Program-made: the position numbers and the translations under genes
Notes under the pieces: generated by a model
What the model was told of the DNA's origin: nothing
What the model saw: the letters and a program-made list of their open reading frames with translations, nothing else
Databases searched by the model: none
Assembly (NCBI RefSeq): GCF_009914755.1
Contig: NC_060935.1
Reading direction: 5' to 3' (one strand)
DNA from: the human T2T-CHM13v2.0 reference genome, Homo sapiens
Length of the DNA stretch: 64,000 bases
Shown: positions 18,996-32,313 of the stretch, piece by piece
Layout: each line of letters begins with the position of its first letter
Position numbering within the stretch: position 1 is the first letter of the stretch

Positions 18996-19251
18996 GCTAT
19001 TGTTTGTGAAATAAATTAAATAAAGGAAAAATGCTTGGCATCTACAAGAGTTTAATAATAGTAATAATTATTACTATCATTATTACTGACATCTAGGTCT
19101 CCCAATTGGTCTACAAGTATTTAAAAATGAAAGTTAGAACAAATAAATATAATTTTATTTTAAGCAATCAGTTAAGTAGTATTTGGTAGGTCCTAAACGT
19201 GATACCGATAATGAAAACTTTATAGGTCGTCTGAAATGCTACAAATTGATC

Positions 19252-20176
19252 CTAAGAATATATTCTGACAGTTGCCTTTCTTAGTGCCTCCTTTACATCT
19301 CTGTTCCTCAGACTATAGATAAAGGGGTTCAGTATGGGGATTACCACTGTGTAGGACAGCGATATCAATCTGTTCTGGCTAGTTGAGTAACTGGATTTGG
19401 GCATCACATAAATGAAGGTAATCGTTCCATAGTAGAGAGTAACCGCAGCGAGGTGGGAGGTACAGGTGGAGAAGGCCTTGTGGCGCCCCTCGGCGGAGCG
19501 CATCTTCAGGATGGTGATGAGGATGTAGATGTAGGAGATGGCTATGGCAAATACTGTGACCACAATGATAGATCCAGAAGAGATGGAAGGGATAATTTCA
19601 GGAATGGAGATATTTGAGCAGGAAAGTTTCAACAAAGGAGAGAAATCACAGAAAAAATGATCTATCTGATTTGGTCCACAGAAAGACAGACTCAATAAAC
19701 AACTAGTAAATGTTGAGGCATTCACACATCCACCCAGGTAGCAAACCCCCACTAAGAGTATGCAGATTATGGGGGACAAGTGGGTGGAGTTCACCAGGGG
19801 TGAGCAGATGGCCACATAGCGATCATAGGCCATGGTCGCCAGTAGGAAGCATTCAGACGTCCCAAACATGACTACAGAACAGAGCTGGGCTTCACAGCTA
19901 GTGACAGGGAGGGCTGTTCCACGTCTTAGGAATCCCATAAGCATTATAGGTGTGACTACTGTGGCAAGCCCTATGTCCACAAAAGCCAAGTGGCTGAGGA
20001 ACAGGTACATGGGAGTGTGAAGTTGGGAACAGCTTCTTTATTATGCTGATATTGCCTATTAAGGTGACAATGTAGATTCCTAGAAATATCACAAAGAAGA
20101 TGTCACAAAGTGTAGGATCCTCAGTTAACCCCAAAATAATAAACTCTGTCACTGTGGTATGGTTTCCAATCTCCAT
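19252..20176 (-). pseudogene. OR5P1P: Olfactory receptor family 5 subfamily P pseudogene (single frameshift after TM1)
   Basis: N-terminus MEIGNHTTVTEFIILG...GN in one frame; [37 protein letters not shown] in another; 925 bp is not a multiple of 3; symbol from recalled position ~23 kb from OR5P2. Confidence 0.85.
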
Positions 20177-20191
20177 CTTTGTGAATTGTTC

Positions 20192-20212
20192 CTGTTGAAA
20201 GAAATGTGAATA
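20192..20212 (-). promoter_or_regulatory. Putative splice acceptor 15 nt upstream of the OR5P1P ATG
   Basis: Minus strand ATTCACATTTCTTTCAACAG|GAACAATTCACAAAGATG; typical OR coding-exon acceptor. Confidence 0.6.
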
Positions 20213-20419
20213 TTAATTTGTTATAGGATTTTATTTCACACATTCCCAGCTTTCCTTGGCTATTCCTTAGACTCATTCACAGTAACTTCATCCTCTGCCT
20301 GATTTGTAAATATTGATATCCCACAGGATTGTTTTTGTTTTGATGTGTCCTCTGCATAAAAAGAGAATGGTTCAACTCAACTCTCTGGGAAATTAGTTAC
20401 ATTCTTTTCTGTATGTAAT

Positions 20420-21415
20420 AAGCACATTAAAATGCCTCTCATACCTAGACTTGTAGACAGATCTCTCAGAAGATGTCTAGACCACAATTCAATGATCTAT
20501 TGGGAGTCTTCAGTGGAGATTCCACAAGTACCTCAAACCCAGCCTTCCCCATAACAAATTCATTCATTCTTTTCTTTCCTTCCATATTGTGTATCTGGGG
20601 AGTGACACCACCATCCACCCAGTCTCTTGTGTCTGCAACTTGTGAGCCCTCCTAGTCTTCTTCCTCTTATTTTATCACAACTCATAAAATCTTATTGGGC
20701 CTATCTACAACTTAACTCCCAATTTTATCTCTTTATCTCCTTTTTACTATTCTCAGCATCCCTACTTTAGTCAAGGACCTAGTCGTTTTTCCTTTCTATT
20801 TTATTGACCTATTTACTTCACTGCCTTCATTCTTGTTCACAACACATTTGTGTAAGTGATATCTTGGTAAATAAAAAGCAGATGATTCAAAAGAGATTCA
20901 TTTCAGTCTTTCAGTACTCTCTCAAGCCTTCACAATGAAACCTAACTTGTTAGCAAAGCATACAATATCATTTATGTTCCAGCATACGACTCTTTGTCTG
21001 TCAGGATGTCTCCATTCACCACTCACACTGACTCAAACTTCTTGAACTATTTAGAGTCTTCTTGATGTACTCTAATTTCTCTGGCCTTTGCTCCACTTTT
21101 TCTCCTGCATAGACAGCTACCACCTCCCACCGTCATTATCCTGGGTGACTTCTACACATCTTTCAAGACTAATTTCCCTCCAAAGCCTTCTCTGACTCCC
21201 AGGGGTGAATCAGGTAACCTTCATTTGTATTATAGACATCAGCTTTTGCCTTCACTTATACTGGGTTATGATTTTTGTTGTTATTTGTTTTTTTACTGTT
21301 CATTCTCCTCAATGAATACATTGTCTTCCATAACTGCATCCTATCCCTGTATTACAAATATCGACTTCTTGTACATAATGTGCTGAAAAAAACTTATCCA
21401 ATGAATGAATGCATG
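20420..21415 (+). mobile_element. L2 fragments
   Basis: CACAAGTACCTCAAACCCAGC, CACCACCATCCACCCAGT, CAAAGCCTTCTCTGACTCCC, terminal AATGAATGAATG. Confidence 0.65.
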
Positions 21416-21824
21416 ATTACAGTAATAAATTGGCTCTGTGAAATAAGAGATAAAGTTTAGGTTCTCTGTCCAGAGAAAGCAGGCCTCATAAAGAAGGAAA
21501 AAATGAAGACATTAATTCATGGAAAGCACTGTAATAACAGTATAAGTAAAGAAAGGGCTTATTTTATTTCTAAATAAAAAAATTATATAAGCAGGCTGGG
21601 GAAACACTTGAAAATTCAAAAGAAACATTTCTGTCAAATCTGGCTACCATCACACACATCAACTATTGAAATTGGGCACATGTGTTTCCGGGAGTTTATC
21701 TGCTGTGGATATATTTTTATATGCTTTGTATCACATTGTAAATAAATTTTTTTAAGTTTTATTTTTAGTTGGTAAATAATTGCATATATTATGGAATACA
21801 ATGTGAGGTTTCAATGGAATGATC

Positions 21825-22735
21825 ATAGTGCAGATAACGTGGGCAAGGCCAGAAATTTACCAATTGATTGCTATTTTGCCTGCTTCTAGGGAGGGAAGCC
21901 ATACATGGCACTGTAAGACAAGCCTGAAGTCCATGGTGGGCTTCCTAAAAGGGCAAATGGGAGAAAATATGGTGGTAATGTTCAAGTAATGGATATACCT
22001 ACAAGGGTCCCTACTAAACACCTGTGTTTTTGCCAATAGCTGTTGTTCCTGCTACCCATGGCAGCTGGTAATGTCTTTCTATACTGGGCTGTGACTACAG
22101 CAGCTGTCAGCAACCAGTCTGGTTGTTAAGTATACGAATATCTCCCTCTATCAAATGATAATGGTACACTTTAGAATATTCTGCCTTTCTCCTGACAGAA
22201 CTGGAGTGACCAGTTCAACAGCACCGATAATGCAACCCCGGTTCACTGGTGATTGTCTCCACCTGGAGGCCCAATTGCCAACATACTGGAGACCTAAAAA
22301 CATGTACCCTTATAGACACTACCTGTTGCACCTATATCCCAGATGAAGTGAATAATGTCACAGATGTTTTACATTATTTTTTTGGTCCAGATCCATGATA
22401 TAACCCAATTAGGTTCCTTTGACTTATTCTCAAATTAGTTACACACCCTACCTACACGTTGAAGTATGTTTTGCTAATAGGCATTATAATTGTAGTTAGC
22501 TTCTGCTTTTTATGCTGTTGTGTATGCAGTGTGTGCTTTTTATGCTATTGTGGATATGGCCTGTATATAAAAGCCATGGCTATATATTATAAATTCATAT
22601 GTTTCTTCCCATCTTACCCCACTCAGGGACTTTTGTGCAAGATTGCAGAAAGAATGTAAGAGCTGGGGGAGAGGGTGGGCTGTAATGTGACAGGTCCCCA
22701 ACCAGGTTACTTAAAGGTGTATGTCGGCTGGTTGC
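21825..22735 (+). mobile_element. Endogenous retrovirus 3' internal remnant with polypurine tract and start of 3' LTR (family unassigned)
   Basis: Hydrophobic env-TM-like stretch (VLLIGIIIVVSFCFLCCC), then GGGGGAGAGGGTGGGC followed by TGTAATG at 22681. Confidence 0.5.
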
Positions 22736-24325
22736 CAAAAGTGCCAAGGAAAATCATTTATATTTCAACAAATTGTGCTGAGACAATTGAACATCCATAT
22801 GTGAAAGGAAGAATTTATGCAGTTACCTCATGGCACACAAAACAATTAATTCAAGATAAATATAGACATAAATGCAATAGCTAAAACTACAAATTGTTTG
22901 AAAGAAAACACAAAAGAATGTCTGTGATCTTGGGTATGAAAGCTAAGTTTTTTTTTTTAACTACAATACCAAAAGCACAATACATAAATGAAAAATCAAA
23001 AATTGGACTTCTCAAAATTTAAAACTTTTGCTTTTCAAAAGACCCCACCAAGAAAACGAAATCAAGCCAGACTTGTAGAAAATTTTTGAAAACATTGTAT
23101 TGGATAAAAAGATGTATACATGAAACAGAAAGGTTCTTACAATTCAGGAGTGAGAAGAAAAATAACCTAATTTTAAAATGTGTAAATATTTGAATAGTCA
23201 TTTCACCAAAGGAGATATATGAATGGCCATGTTCAAGTAACCCACAGGAAGGCAGGGAAAGAAAGAAAAAAGAAACAAATGAGAGAACAAATAGAAAACA
23301 AAAAAATAAAATGGCAAACAAGCCATAATATATCAGTAATTACTTTAAATTCAAATGTTTCAACATCATTAGACGTCAAGCATTTACAAATTAAAATTAA
23401 AATTTTACAAATTAATTTTAAGACTAAAGTTAATTTTTACAAATTAATTTGTAACTTTAAAAAATTAATTTTTGAAAACAAAAAATAAACTGGCAAATAA
23501 GCCACAATATATCATTAATTACTTTAAATACAAGTGTTTCAACATCATTAAACATTAAACATTCACAAATTAAAATTAAAATCTCAAAAATCAATTTATA
23601 AAGTTTACAAATTAAAACTATGATGAGATACTACTACACATTTATTAGACTGGTTATATTAAAAAGAATTGGCAAGACCAAGTGGTGGCAAGGAGATGAA
23701 GCACCTGTGATTTTATACGTCGCAGATGGGAATGCAAACTGGCATAGTCACTTTGGAAAATAATTTGGTAGTTTCTCATCAACTTAAAAATACATTTACT
23801 ATATGATCTGGCAACACTACTCCAAGGTATTTATTCTAGGGAAATGAAAACTTATGTTCACACAAATACCTGGACAGGAATGTTTATAACATCGCTATTC
23901 ATAATTGTCAAATACTGGAAGTAACAAAAATATCATTCAAGTGAATGATAAACCATAATACATTCATGCAATGGAATACTACTAAGCAAAAAAGGGAATG
24001 AATACAAACATATGGATAAATTTTCAAGTCATTGTGCTGAGTAAAAGAAGCTAGTCTCCAAAGTTATCTAATGCATGATTTAATGAATATGACATTCTCT
24101 AAAAGATAATAATATACAGGAGAAAAAATTAGTGTTTGCCCAGGGTTTGGAGTGGACAGAGGTGAAGCTACAAAGGGGTAGCACAAAGCAGTCTTTTGGA
24201 GTGATGTAGCTATTCTGTATCCTAATTGTGATGGTGGTTACACAAATCTATACCTTCATTAAAATTTGTGCATCTGTTCACTAAAAGGGTCATGTTTACT
24301 GTACATTAATTTTAAAATAAAATAA
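22735..24325 (+). mobile_element. Old L1M (MC/MD/ME-like) ORF2 end and 3'UTR
   Basis: CAACAAATTGTGCTGAGACAATTG, TCAAAATTTAAAACTTTTGC, ATGGAATACTACT, GGTGGTTACACAAATCTATAC. Confidence 0.7.
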
Positions 24326-25999
24326 ACAAGGGGAAAATGATCTAGTAACTCTACAAACTGGATCAAGCCTAAGGTGGAGATCATGTCAAAATACAATACA
24401 TTTTAAAATATTCCCATTACTCGGTATTTTTCTTAAGACAATAGGTAAAAAGAAGTATATTCTGTGCTCCAAGGTAAGCAAATCCCTATGATTTGCAATA
24501 ATGAAAATACTAAACCAAAGTGCTCCCTCTTGATCATTGTTTCGTTGCATTCTTGCCTATGTTTTCATTAAGGGGCTTATTGCCTTATTCAGATGTTTTG
24601 CCATTGTGTTGTGGCAAAGGCAAAGCTTCTGTGTTTGGAGGTAATCATAACAAAGCAGATTTAATAATAAATAATATGAAAAGACAGATAAATTTCTGTA
24701 GTCCAATGTAATAATTTCAGGGCATACTAAAGATTCAGTGAAAATTAGAAAAAAAAAAAAGCATATTCATCAGAATCAGAAAATAGAAGTGAGGAAATAA
24801 TTTATGTTAAAGCATACAGCATTTGACAGAGTCAATGTCTTTTCTTGCCATTAACTTCAGCTAAACAGCAATCGCTTTAGGTAAATTCTACAGATTTATA
24901 AATTCTTTTTGCATATACTTTATTTTAATGTTTTGCATATTTAACAACTAAAGAAAGAATCACCTACAAATCCTTAACTTTAATAGTGCCTCACAATCCA
25001 TTTTGATTTATTTTGACTTTGAGGCATATATAAGTAGTACTCACATATTTGTAATCATGTATATATTTAACATATATTCCATTTTTAAATTTATATTTCT
25101 ACTTAGTATTATCAATAAGGTATTTCCCACTTTCCAGAGGAATACTTATAACTGAAATACTGATGGAATCTATGTCAAACTTCTTAGCATGATATACATG
25201 GAGCTTCATAATCTATCTTCAATTACTTTTCTAAATGTATCTCCCTATTACATATCCTTCCTTGCAACTTTTGTAGTTTTCAAGAGTCATATTAACATGA
25301 GATTGAGATTTTTTGCTCAATATCACTAGTTATACTATTAATAAAAACACAATTTTCTACTAACAATGTTATTGCTGTTCTTAAGGTTTGAAACATTTAC
25401 CTAAATAATAAATATTAGTACCAATGTCTTCAAATTCCTAAAATTATAATTTATTTTTACTTTGGAATAAGAATTAATTTTCTCTGATAGTGGAACTGAA
25501 TTCTTTGACTATGTGAATTCTGAGGGATAATAAACCAATAGTTGAGAACCTGTAGCTCATGAAAGAATGTGTTCCATCTCTTCCTTAATTGATCTTCATT
25601 AATTGCACCTCAATTACTCTAGTGTCAGGCCTTATTGCCTTTGGTGTTGGTTCTGTTATTAAAATCTATTTTTTAAACTTCCCAATTGGTCCCGCCTGAG
25701 TTTAATGGTGCAAACCATACAATATCTATATAAAAATGTTAACATATTTGACCCCCTATGATGCCTCTTCTACCTTCCTTTTTCTAAATTTAAACTCTCA
25801 TAGTTCCTTTGGCCATTCCACTGTGAAATACCATTTAGATCCCTCACAATTCTCTTTGTCACTCTCTGAACATACTCTGATCTGAGGAATGAAGCCAAAT
25901 ACTGAGCAACATTTATGCTCTTTGCCTCCTGACTGAGGCAGAGTTCAGTGGAGCTTACCTTGCTTTCATTGTGCACACCACTTGAGCTTCAATCTATGC

Positions 26000-26200
26000 T
26001 GATCACAGAGTCATGGAGTGACTAGAGTCAAATAATTAGATCCTGGGCCTCCTGCCAAACAGCTGTATTATTGGTGCATAATGTCTCTGACTCTCAGTTT
26101 TTGCATTTGTGAAATAGAAATAATTGTCCCTAAAATACAGCTTTGTTATTTGACTTAAAGGAATGATGATACCTATAAAGCACCCATAGGTGTTTGGTCA
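26000..26200 (+). mobile_element. MIR SINE
   Basis: CTCTGACTCTCAGTTTTTGCATTTGTGAAATAG core. Confidence 0.55.
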
Positions 26201-26600
26201 TACATCAGGGCTAAGAACCTAAATTTCATTAAGTAAAAATGAAGTATTGGTATATGATTATTTATTCATTTTTTATGAGAAGTAAATTGTCTTTCAACAC
26301 AGGTCGGGGGATTTTCACCTCAAATCCAATATAAGACAGGAAGTACAGTATCTGGTGCCTTCTTAGTTCTGGACTATGCCATTTAGATATATAACATGCC
26401 AACTGATTGTTGCCTTCCCTTCCTCTCCACTGGACGCCTAAGGTCCTCTCTAGAGTTCTTCATTTTGGCATCCATTCATGCTTGTCTACCTGGGTCAGGG
26501 ACTCTAACTACTCAAATATTCTTTCAATATTTAAATGCCTGGGTCACTTTTGATGATGAATCGAGGGTATAGGACTGGGAGCCCCACCCAACCTGAAAAT

Positions 26601-27684
26601 CAGACTGCTTCTTTAAGGGAGACCCTGATCCACTCCTCATCTTTGGACAGGACCTTCCAACCAGGGCCTCCAACCACCACCACCCATATTCTCTGGCTAA
26701 CAGTTTTGATTTCTCCCTGGAATTGAGTGCCTGTAGGGAGGGGCGGGCCACCATTTTTACTGTTTGGGCAACTCAGCCATTCCATCCTGCTGGCTTTGGA
26801 GAGTTCAAACAGATTGGGTGAAGATAGGATTCCCCAACACAGCACATCTGCTCTACCAAAACATAGCCAGACTGCTTCTTTAAGTGGGACCCCAATCTCT
26901 TCCTCATCTCTGGGCAGGACCTCCCAACCAGGGCTTCCAACCACCCCTGCCTGTATTCTCCAGCCAACAGTGATTTGATTTCTCCCTGGGACTGAGCTCC
27001 CAGCAGGAGGGGCAGGCCACCATCTTTGCTGTTTGGGCAACTCAGTTGTTCCAGTCTGTGGGCTTTGGAGAGCCCAAACTGACCAGGGTTGAAGCGGTAC
27101 CCCAGCATGGCACAGCTGCTCTACAAAAGTGTGGTCAGACTGCCTCCTTAAGCATGTCCCTGATCTATTCCTTCTTGCTGGGTAGGACTTCCCAACTAGG
27201 GCCTCCAGCCGCTCTCACTGATGTTTTCTGGCTGTCAGAGGTTTGAAAACTTCCTGGGACAAAGCTCCTAGACAGAGGGGTGGGCTGCCATCTTTGCTGT
27301 TTTGGCAACTTAGCCATTCCAGCCTCCAGGTTTTGGAGAGCCCAAGCTGACTAAGGGCAGAATTAGTACCCCAGCACAGCAAACTGCTCTATGAAAGCAT
27401 GGCTAGACTGCTTCTTTAAGCAGGTCCCTGATCCTGTTCCTCCTGACTGGGTGAGGCTTCCCAACCTGGGTCTCCAGCCACCTCCTACAGGTGCATTTGG
27501 GCTGGCAACGGGTCTATACCCCTCTGGGATGGAGTCCCCAGAGGAAAGAGCAGGCTGCCATCTTTGCTTTTTTGCAGCCTTCACTGCTGATACTGCCACA
27601 TACTGAAAAATCCATAGGCAACTAGGGGCTGGAGTGGAAACTCAGCAAAACCCACAGCAGCCCTATAGAAAAGTGGCCAGACTG
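26601..27684 (+). repeat. Four diverged ~268-bp tandem monomers in the L1 5'UTR
   Basis: CAGACTGCTTCTTTAAG-like anchors at 26601, 26868, 27136, 27404 and partial 27678. Confidence 0.85.
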
Positions 27685-30045
27685 AAAAAACAAACAAACA
27701 AACAAACAAACAAACAAACAACCACCATAAGCTCACAAAGATGAGAAAAAATCAGCACAGGAACACTGAAGATTCAAAAAGCCAGAGTGATCTCTTCCCT
27801 CCAAATGACCACATCACCTCTCCAGCAAAGGTCTAGAACTGAGCAGAGGCTGAGATGACTGGAATGACAGAAGTAGACTTCAGATTCTGGATAAAAACAA
27901 TCTTCACTGAGCCAAAGAAGCATGTTCTAACTCAATGCAAGGAAGCTAAGAATTATGAAAAAACATTGGAAGAGCTAACAGACAAAATAGCCAGTATAGA
28001 GAAGAACAAAACCAACCTGATAGAGCTGAAAAACACACTTCAAAAATTCCATAATGCAATCACAAGTATTAATAGCAGACTAGACCAAGTGGAGGAAAGA
28101 ATCTCAGATCTTGAAGATTGTTTTCTGAAATAGGACAGGCAGACAAGAATAGAGAATAAAAATGAAAAAATGAACAAAACCTCCGATAAATATGGGATTA
28201 TATAAAGAGACTGAATCTACCACTGATTGGTGTACCTGGAAGAGATGAGGAGAATGAAACCAATTTGGAAAACATATTTCAGGATATTAAAGAGGAGAAC
28301 TTTTCCAACCTAGCTAGACAGGCCAACATTCAAATTCAGGAAATGTAGAGAACCCCAGTAAGATACTCCATGAGAAGATCATCACCAAGACACATAATCA
28401 TCAGATTCTCCAAGATAAAAATGAAAGAAAAAATGTTAAGGGTAGCCAGAGAGAAAGCCCAGGTCACCTACAAAGGGAAACCCATCAGACTAACAGGGGA
28501 CCTCTCAGCAGAAACCTTATAAGGCAGAAGAAATTGGGGGCCTATATTCAACATTCTTAAAGAAAAGAAATTTCTACCCAGAATTTCATACCTGGCCAAA
28601 CTAAGTTTCATAAGTGAAGGAGAAATAAGGTCCTTTTCAGACAAGGAAATACTGAGGGAATTCATAACCACCATACCTGCCCTACAAGAGCTCCTGAAGG
28701 AAGCACCAAATATGGAAAGGAAAAACCATTACCAGCCACTACAAAAACACACTGAAGTACCACAGACCAGTGACACTATAAAGCAACCACAAAAACAAGT
28801 CTGCAAAAAAACCAGCTAGCATCATCATGACAGGATCACATCCACACATAATAATACTAACCTTAAATGTAAATGGGCTAAATTCCCCAATTAAAAAACA
28901 TAAAAAGGCAAGCTGGATAAAGAACCAAGACCCAATAATATGCTGTCTTCAAGAGACCCATCTCATATGCAATGACACACATAGGCTCAAGAGAAAGGGA
29001 TGGAGGAAAATTTACCAAGAAAACAAAAAAACAGAAAAAAGCACGAGTTGTAATCCTAGTTTCTGAAAAAACAGACTTTAAACCACAAAGATCAAGAAAG
29101 ACAAAGAAAGGCATTACATAATGGCAAAGGGTTCAATTCAATAAGGCTAACTATCCTAAATAAATATATATGCACTCAACGTAGGAGCACTCAAATTCAG
29201 AAATCAAGTTCTTAGAGATCTTCAAAGAGACTTAGACTCCCACACAATACTAGTGGGAGACTTTAACACTCCACTGACAATATTACACAGATCATTGAGA
29301 CAGAAAATCAACAGATATTCAGGACCTGCCATCAACTCTGGATCAAATGAACCTGAAAAATATCTACAGAACTCTCCACCCTAAAACAACAGATGGTACA
29401 TTTTTCTCATGGCCCCATGGCACTTACTCTAAAATTGAAAAAGTAAGCAGAAGTAAAATACTCCTCAGCAAATGCAAAAGAACTGAAGTCATAACAGTCT
29501 CTCAGACCACAGTGCAATCAAATTAGAACTCAAGACTAAGAAGCTCGCTCAAAACCATACTATTACATGGAAATTGAATAACGTGCTCCTGAATGACTTT
29601 TGGGTAAATAACGAAATTAAGCCAGAAATCAAGAAGTTCTTTGAAACTAATGAGAACAAAGATACAACATACTAGAATCTCTGGGACACAGCTAAGGCAG
29701 TGTTAAGAAGGAAATTTATAGCACTAAATGCCCACATGAAAATGCTAGAAAGATCTCAAGTTAACAACCTAATGTCACAACTAAAAGAACTAGAGAACCA
29801 AGAGCCAACAAAATCCAAAGCTAGCAGAAGACAAGAAATAATCAAAACCAGAGCTGAACTGAAGGAGATTGAGACACAAAAAACCATTCAAAAGATCAAC
29901 AAATCCAGGAGCTGTTTTTTTGAAAAAATTAATAAAATAGGTAAACTGCTAGCTAGAATAATAAAGAAGAAAGAGAGAAGATTCAAATAAACACAATCAG
30001 AAATTATACGGGGGATATTACCACTGACCCCACAGAAATACAGCC

Positions 30046-30844
30046 TCTCTCTCCTCCTGCAAGCCAAGATGTCAAAAGGAAAGAAGGCCAAGGGGAAGAA
30101 GGTGGCTCTGGCCCCTGCTGTCATGAAGTAGGTGGCCAAGAAAGTGGTGAATCCCCTGTTTGGGAAAAGGCCTAAGAATTTTGGCACTGGACAGGACATC
30201 CAGCCCAAAAGAGACCTCACCTGCTTTGTGAAATGGCCCTACTATATCAGGTTGCAGTGGCAGAGAGCCATCCTTTTTAAGTGGCTGAAAGTGCCTCCTG
30301 CAATTAACCAGTTCACCCGGCCCTGGACCACCAAACAACTACTCAGCTGCTTAAGCTGGCCCACAAGTACAGACCAGAGAGCAAGAGAAGAAGCAGAGGT
30401 GGTTGGCCCAAGCTGAAAAGGAAGCTGCCAGCAAAGGGGATGTCCCCACTAAGAGACCACCTGTTCTTTGAGCAGGAGTTAACACTGTCACCACCTTGGT
30501 GGAGAACAAGAAAGCTCAGCTGGTGGTGATTGCAGATGACGTGGATCTGGACGTCTACTCCACAGGAAGACCTGCACCACTGTCGCCTTCACACAGGTTA
30601 ACTTGGAAGACAAAGGAGCTTTGGCTAAGCTGTTGTAAGCTATCAGGACCAATTACAATGACAGATACGATGAGATCTGCCATCACTGGGGAAGTAATGT
30701 CCTGGGTCCCAAGTCTGTGGCTCACATTGCCAAGCTCAAAAAGGCAAAGGCTAAAGAACTTGCCACTAAACTGGGTTAAATGTACACTGTTGAGTTTTCT
30801 GGACATAAAAATAATTAAAGTAATACAAATTTTCCTTCAAAAAA
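30046..30844 (+). pseudogene. RPL7AP55: Processed pseudogene of ribosomal protein L7a (RPL7A), inserted in L1 ORF2
   Basis: 5' pyrimidine tract, ATG 30069 (MSKGKKAKGKKVA), [35 protein letters not shown]; no introns, poly(A), TSD AGAAATACAGCC (30034-45 / 30845-56); RPL7A origin is secure, the P55 number is from memory. Confidence 0.9.
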
Positions 30845-31708
30845 AGAAATACAGCCATCAGAGAATATTATAAACACCTCTATGTACATAAACTAGAAAA
30901 TCTAGAAGAAATGAATAAATTCCTAAACACATACATACACCCAAGACTGAACAAGGAAGAAACTGAATCCTTGAACAGATCAATAAACAGTTCTGAAATT
31001 GAGGCAGTAATAAATAGTCTAAATAAATAAATAAAGCCCAGGACCAGACAGATTCACAGCTGAATTTTACCAAATGTTCAAAGAAGGGCTGATACCATTT
31101 CTACTGAAACTATTCCAAAACATTGAAAAGGAGGGACTCTTTCCCAACTCATTCTAGGAGGCCAGCATCATCCTGGCACCAAAACCCAGCAGGATAAAAA
31201 TCACATGATCATCTCAATAGATGCTGAAAATGCATTTAAACAATTCAAGTTCCTTTCAAGATTAAAATGCTCAACAAATTACGAATGGCAAGAATGGTCC
31301 CTTAACACAATAAAGGCCATATTTGACAATCCCACAGAAAATCCTTAGATCCCACAGAAAATTCTGATTTTCTCCACAATCAGGAGCAAGACAAAGATGT
31401 ACACTATCACCACATTTATTCAATGTAGCAATGAAAGCCCTAGCCAGAGCAATCAGGCAAGAAAAAGATATAAACGCCATCCAAACCAGAAAGGGAGAAG
31501 TAAAGTTACCCCATTTGCATAACACATGATTAAACATATATAAGAAAAAAATAAAGATGTCAGACAAAAACAAAATTTTACAAGTAAGAAATAAATTTAG
31601 CTAAGTTGCAGAATACAAAATCAACATGCAAAAATCAGTTGCATTTTTTACACCAATGACAACCTATCAGAGAAAGAAATCAAGAGTTTGCTGAAAGAAA
31701 TAAGATCT

Positions 31709-32005
31709 GGACTGGCATGGTAGCTCATGCCTGTAATCCCAGCACTTTGGGAGGCTGAGGCAGGTGGATCACGAGGTCAGGAGTTCAATATCAGCCTGGC
31801 CAATATGGTAAAACCCCATCTGTACTAAAACTACAAAAATTAGCCAGGCGTGGTGGCACTGTAGTCCCAGCTACTTCAGGAGACTGAGGCAGAAGAATTG
31901 CTTGAACCTGAGAGGTGGATGTTGCAGTGGGCCAAGACTGCACCACTGCACTCCAGCCTGGGTGACAGAGTGAGACTCCATCTAAAACAAAAAACAAAAA
32001 AAACA
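31709..32005 (+). mobile_element. AluS (Sg/Sc-like), first of tandem pair
   Basis: GGATCACGAGGTCAGGAGTTC; dimeric structure with tail. Confidence 0.92.
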
Positions 32006-32006
32006 A

Positions 32007-32313
32007 GGCCAGGTGCAGTGACTCATGTCTGTAATCCCAGCATTTTGGGAGGACAAGCTGGGCAGATCAAGAGGTCAGGAGTTCGAGACCAGCCTGGCCA
32101 ATATGGTGACACCCCATCTCTACTAAAAATACAAAAATTAGCCAGGCATGGTGGCATGTGCACGTAGTCCCAGCTACTCAGGAGGCTGAGGCAGAAGAAT
32201 CGCTGGAACCCAGGAGGCGGAGGTTGCAGTGAGCCAAGATCTCACCACTGCACTCCAGCCTGGGTGACAGAGTGAGACTCAGTCTCAAAAAAAAAAAGAA
32301 AAGAAAAAGAAAA
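32007..32313 (+). mobile_element. AluS (Sg/Sc-like), second of tandem pair
   Basis: Full dimer with A tail; pair bounded by AAAGAAATAAGAT (31694-706 / 32314-26). Confidence 0.92.

Larger units (their letters stand above)
26560..31195 (+). mobile_element. Older primate L1 (about L1PA10-13): repeat-containing 5'UTR, ORF1, 5' part of ORF2; 3' part lost
   Basis: ORF1 remnants 27741-28760, ORF2 ATG at 28827 (MTGSHPHI), abrupt jump to other L1 sequence near 31192. Confidence 0.85.
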
